Below, in pieces: positions 47,484 through 51,026 of a stretch of 51,026 nucleotides of DNA. The notes under the pieces were generated by a model. That model saw only the letters and a list, made by a program, of their open reading frames with translations. It ran no database searches and was not told the DNA's origin. Both the position numbers and the translations under genes were made by a program. Origin of the DNA: a virus (Duplodnaviria; Caudoviricetes); IMG/VR virus record IMGVR_UViG_3300009095_000019, positions 1 to 51,026 of that record; one strand, written 5' to 3'. The number at the start of each line of letters is the position of its first letter. Position 1 is the stretch's first letter.

Positions 47484-48373
47484 GAAAGAATCCCTTTCGA
47501 TAGGCGCAAGGCAAGCTCTTCAACCTGAAGGGTTTCCCTGTCTGGCATCAAAGAAACCAGATTGTATTGTTCCGGTTTGATTGTACCTTGCATAAAATCT
47601 AGAATGAAACTGCGCCACGCTTCTTTACACTGCTCTTCGTACAGAGCGTAATACTTGGAGCGCCTACGGTCAGGTAGGTTTGGTGCAATCTCACGCGTGT
47701 AGAATTCAAGAAAAAGCGGATCGCTAAAGTTAACCTTCAGCATATCCGGGAAACGCTTCCAGAATTCCATTACGTATTTCCAGTCAGCAATGGCCACGTC
47801 CCACATAGCACGCGGAATGGTTTTGCCGAACAGGTTCTTCTTAGCCGTCATGTTGTGCGGCGTTTCTTTGATACCGCGAATTACTGCCTTCGTATAGCCG
47901 CCGACAATGTTATAGATGGCCCGCTGATCGTTAGCCATCATCGACGGATAACGACCGGCGACAGCAATGTGCATGGGAATCGAAACCGTTATGAAATCGT
48001 AAGGGGTTGAAATTCCAGTTCCCCAAATAACGGTAGTTCCGGTTTGCCAGAAACGGAAAGCCGATTCTACAGCATTTGGATATCGCTTGCGAGAAAATGT
48101 GAAGGTTAGTGCTCCACGTCGCAACGCACGTTCTGGATCGGGTGCCGCACCAACACTCCATCCAGTGAAACTCGAATAGAAGTTGGTTAGCGAGAACGAA
48201 GTTTTAAACACAAAAGCTACGGGGGTTCGCCGTAGCTGTTCCTCAACATAGTCGAGTATCGGTTTAATGTCTACGTTATATCGATCTGTATTGAACGTGG
48301 TTGCGTAGGCGCTAGTCCGCTGCGGCCATGCCGACAGGCGGAAGTCCCAAGGCATGAGCGCAAATCGGTACAT
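47480..48373 (-). CDS. Hypothetical protein (297 aa)
   Basis: Coupled ORF within the operon. Confidence 0.7.
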   Translation of the reverse strand: MYRFALMPWDFRLSAWPQRTSAYATTFNTDRYNVDIKPILDYVEEQLRRTPVAFVFKTSFSLTNFYSSFTGWSVGAAPDPERALRRGALTFTFSRKRYPNAVESAFRFWQTGTTVIWGTGISTPYDFITVSIPMHIAVAGRYPSMMANDQRAIYNIVGGYTKAVIRGIKETPHNMTAKKNLFGKTIPRAMWDVAIADWKYVMEFWKRFPDMLKVNFSDPLFLEFYTREIAPNLPDRRRSKYYALYEEQCKEAWRSFILDFMQGTIKPEQYNLVSLMPDRETLQVEELALRLSKGILS

Positions 48374-48375
48374 AG

Positions 48376-49467
48376 TCAGTTCTTCTTCGAGACGGTGTAA
48401 ACATAAATGTCCGAATCGCCATCGCGCTCGAAACGAGTGGTGTATTTAGCACGCACGAGTTTCTTGATATTTTTATGGCTATTCAGGTGACGTACAACCT
48501 TGGCGATAACGCTCTTTTGATCCTTACCTTCAGGAATTTCGAAGGTGATGCGATCATCCTGTACGTGGATGCCTTTAAGACCAGCCGTGCCTTCGAGTGC
48601 AGTTTCCAGTTCGGTCGGATCGATCTTGAGCTTCACAGGGGCTAGGAAAATAGCAACGTCATGCAGTGCCAGTTCATTTTCAACTTCGTCGTTGAACTGA
48701 GTGCGGAACTTGGCGATTGTATCGGCTTGAATTTCTGTGCCTAGTGAATACTTGAACGGCAACGCAATTCGATCCAGAACATTCACGAAGACGCGAACGC
48801 GGAAGCTGTCGGATTCAGGCGTTACGCGTACAGTTGTGACGAGAAGAAGTTTATCCTCTTCAGTAGTTCGCGCCCAGTCAGTGAGGTCGGCGTTGTAAAC
48901 AAAGTCGGTATCATCGCCCTTGACGCCGACATGCAGGTAATAATCCGGCTCGTTTTCGTTGCCAGCCTTCGCACGCTTATTGAGAATTTTGGAGACTTCT
49001 TTAAACAGTGCGCCCACGCTATCAGGCACGTGACCTTCCGCAATTTTGGTCATTTCTTCGATTGCGGTTTCGTATGCGTCGACCATAGCGTTATAAAGAC
49101 GTGCAGCTTCGCGGCCGCGATCCATCATAACCTTGGTGCCCGATGCTTTCGCGCGCTCAAGGAAATAGCCGAGCTCTTCGATAAAATCGATCTGGTCTAG
49201 AACATCGATATATTCTTGAAGCTTTTTCTGGCTGGGGGCACGGAACGCATCCACCTGAAGAGTCCCGGAACCGGAAACAGGACCGCCACCACCGCCACTA
49301 ATATTGATGGTGGAAGCAGCAGTGGCTTTGAACAGGCGACCGAACACGTTACGGATAAGCGAGGTGAGGCGCGCCAGCGCACGGCGGTAAAGAGGTACAC
49401 GCTTCTCGTAATACGAAAGCAGTTCCTCGTCACTCATGTTTTTCAGCTTTGCTTTGACTTTACTCAT
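48376..49467 (-). CDS. Hypothetical (probably virion) protein, paralogous to its neighbour
   Basis: Shares the IHVQDDRI / VHVLDDRL motif with 49464..50453. Confidence 0.7.
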   Translation of the reverse strand: MSKVKAKLKNMSDEELLSYYEKRVPLYRRALARLTSLIRNVFGRLFKATAASTINISGGGGGPVSGSGTLQVDAFRAPSQKKLQEYIDVLDQIDFIEELGYFLERAKASGTKVMMDRGREAARLYNAMVDAYETAIEEMTKIAEGHVPDSVGALFKEVSKILNKRAKAGNENEPDYYLHVGVKGDDTDFVYNADLTDWARTTEEDKLLLVTTVRVTPESDSFRVRVFVNVLDRIALPFKYSLGTEIQADTIAKFRTQFNDEVENELALHDVAIFLAPVKLKIDPTELETALEGTAGLKGIHVQDDRITFEIPEGKDQKSVIAKVVRHLNSHKNIKKLVRAKYTTRFERDGDSDIYVYTVSKKN

Positions 49468-50453
49468 TTCATCATCCGGTCAAGGTCTTGTTTGTTAATG
49501 TTGAGAAGCTTCGCCAGCTTCGCCAACGTTTTCGGGTCTGTTACTTTGCGTTTCGCTAGGATGAACGAAACTGTTTTGTTATCACCGTACTGGTTAACGC
49601 GGTGAATAACATCCGTATTCGCCACGCTTATAGCGCGACGGATATACAACAAAAGATGCTGTATAACTTGTTTGATATCGGCAGGCTGAGCGCTGTGCTT
49701 TAGCACAACTTCAAGGCGGTCATCAAGAACATGAACTTCTTGTACTGGTTTCAGTGCAAGAATATCGTCACTCTCTTTGACCTTCGGGCTACCAATATAT
49801 TCGAAATCGGTCAGGTTGTGTTTCAGGTAATCGACGATGGCTTTTGCTCCGTCGACAGGGCTTTCCTCAGACATTACAAATGGCGAATCCGGCAGCGAAA
49901 TGAAATACGTGCCGGCTTTCTTACGAAGCTTTACTGTGATCGGGCCGCTCTCGTACCCGTTGGCATCAACTACACCTTGTTTGGTACGAAAACAAACCAT
50001 TTCTTGATCAGGCACTTTTACATGCAACTGCGTGGTTTTGCCGATTTTGTTGAGGACTTTCTTCGCCGCTTCCGCAAGATACAACAGGTGCTTATCCGCT
50101 TTCGGAGCACACACCTTATCGATGGTTGCGATCAAAAACTGCTGGAATTGACGGATATTATGCCGCTGGACTTCAATCATAGAGAAGCAGCGGTCGCGCT
50201 TAATGTCGTTGAATTCCTGTGCGATAGAATGTGCGCAACGCAAATCGATCAGAGAGTCTACGCAAAAGCGTAGTGCATCGACCCCTTCTGTAACAGTAAG
50301 CTTGGAAAGCTTCTGTTCACGGAACTTCGAATTCAACAGACTAAATGTGGTATTAATGCGAGAAAGAACCACGATAACTTCGTTGGCGTTACGGGCCTTT
50401 TTAAGGTCGATGATGTTCTTATTGTCTTCCGGGTATCTGCTCTGAATCTGCAA
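49464..50453 (-). CDS. Hypothetical (probably virion) protein
   Basis: TTG start with a GAAGG RBS; first gene after a terminator and a TAATTT motif. Confidence 0.7.
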   Translation of the reverse strand: MQIQSRYPEDNKNIIDLKKARNANEVIVVLSRINTTFSLLNSKFREQKLSKLTVTEGVDALRFCVDSLIDLRCAHSIAQEFNDIKRDRCFSMIEVQRHNIRQFQQFLIATIDKVCAPKADKHLLYLAEAAKKVLNKIGKTTQLHVKVPDQEMVCFRTKQGVVDANGYESGPITVKLRKKAGTYFISLPDSPFVMSEESPVDGAKAIVDYLKHNLTDFEYIGSPKVKESDDILALKPVQEVHVLDDRLEVVLKHSAQPADIKQVIQHLLLYIRRAISVANTDVIHRVNQYGDNKTVSFILAKRKVTDPKTLAKLAKLLNINKQDLDRMMK

Positions 50454-50486
50454 GGTAATATACCTTCGTGACGTGTATATACTAAG

Positions 50487-50493
50487 AAATTAG
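50487..50493 (-). promoter_or_regulatory. Candidate late promoter motif CTAATTT
   Basis: Lies between a terminator and an operon start. Confidence 0.45.
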
Positions 50494-50505
50494 CGACCCG
50501 GACAC

Positions 50506-50534
50506 GAAAAACCCGCCACGCGGGCGGGTTTTTC
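50506..50534 (-). terminator. Intrinsic terminator (symmetric)
   Basis: GAAAAACCCGCC-ACGCG-GGCGGGTTTTTC. Confidence 0.85.
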
Positions 50535-50551
50535 AGCGTTTCATTCGACTA

Positions 50552-51025
50552 TTAATCGAAATCAACGCGGCTGGGCTTTGCGGTACGGCGAGTCGGCTTC
50601 TTCACAGCAGAATCAGCGGCGGGCTTTGCCTTTGCAGCCGGTTTAGCCCTTGCGCCACCAGCCGGTTTAGCCCTTGCGCCACCAGCCGGTTTAGCGGCGG
50701 GCTTTGCCTTTGCAGCCGGTTTAGCCCTTGCGCCACCAGCCGGTTTAGCGGCGGGGGCAGCAGCTGCCTTCGGCGGACGACCGCGACGCTTCGGAGCTTC
50801 AGCAGGTGCAGCTTCCGGCTTAGCCTTCGGCGGACGGCCACGGCGCTTCGGAGCTTCAGCAGGTGCAGCGGGGGCAGCAGCTGCCTTCGGCGGACGACCG
50901 CGACGCTTCGGAGCTTCAGCAGGTGCGGCGGTTTCCGGCTTAGCCTTCGGCGGACGACCGCGACGCTTCGGAGCTTCAGCAGGTGCGGCGGTTTCCGGCT
51001 TAGCCTTCGGCGGACGGCCACGGCG
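50552..51025 (-). CDS. AT-hook repeat / histone H1-like DNA-binding protein, 5' truncated (frame absent from the ORF track)
   Basis: Manual translation gives ...RRGRPPKAKPETAAPAEAPKRRGRPPK (five RRGRPPK motifs), then KPAA/KPAGGARA repeats, ending RVDFD*TAA TAG followed by a terminator. Confidence 0.85.
   Translation of the reverse strand, partial: RRGRPPKAKPETAAPAEAPKRRGRPPKAKPETAAPAEAPKRRGRPPKAAAAPAAPAEAPKRRGRPPKAKPEAAPAEAPKRRGRPPKAAAAPAAKPAGGARAKPAAKAKPAAKPAGGARAKPAGGARAKPAAKAKPAADSAVKKPTRRTAKPSRVDFD
50615..50752. repeat. Coding 24-bp repeats (KPAGGARA) and KPAAKAKPAA duplications
   Basis: CAGCCGGTTTAGCCCTTGCGCCAC occurs three times. Confidence 0.85.
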
Positions 51026-51026
51026 C
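50764..51026. repeat. Coding tandem repeat of about 57-60 bp (AT-hook units)
   Basis: Near-identical units GCCTTCGGCGGACG...GCTTCGGAGCTTCAGCAGGTGC. Confidence 0.9.

Noticed and set aside
50602-51021. Track ORF of 139 aa (MAVRRRLSRKPP...)
   Set aside because: It is an alternate-frame shadow of the repeat. The frame ending at 50552 gives coherent AT-hooks and stops right before the terminator.
50615-51026. Regular repeats that might suggest a CRISPR array or replication iterons
   Set aside because: There are no unique spacers, unit lengths are multiples of 3, and the variation is largely synonymous, so these are coding repeats.
1-51026. Stop-codon reassignment
   Set aside because: The genes are full length and tightly packed under the standard code.

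Overview
This window is a gene-dense segment of a large contractile-tailed (jumbo myo-) phage genome. Nearly all genes are on the minus strand; a thyA-dhfr pair on plus is the only exception. From left to right it holds baseplate/wedge genes (gp6/J-like, gp25-like, PAAR spike tip), thyA/dhfr, a probable prohead protease with putative head proteins, a GT2+TPR glycosyltransferase and an NAD-dependent ligase. Next come Ig-repeat fibre genes beside the tail sheath, a J-domain protein, and a replication block (degenerate DnaC-like protein, UvsW-like helicase, beta-clamp, family-A polymerase with a UDG-like N-terminus). The right part has a PG-binding protein, a 2025-aa SNF2-family ATPase, an HNH protein, head/neck proteins, and a truncated protein with five AT-hooks and an H1-like tail. 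The gene set recalls the RSL1/Lu11/PaBG/Y3/JA11-type jumbo phages (from memory, not searched). The most notable signals not given by the ORF track are the AT-hook protein, a recurrent A-x-A-(S/A) motif in putative head proteins (candidate protease cleavage signal), two candidate promoter motifs, and several missed or mis-started ORFs. No tRNA, rRNA, CRISPR array, intron or intein was recognised.
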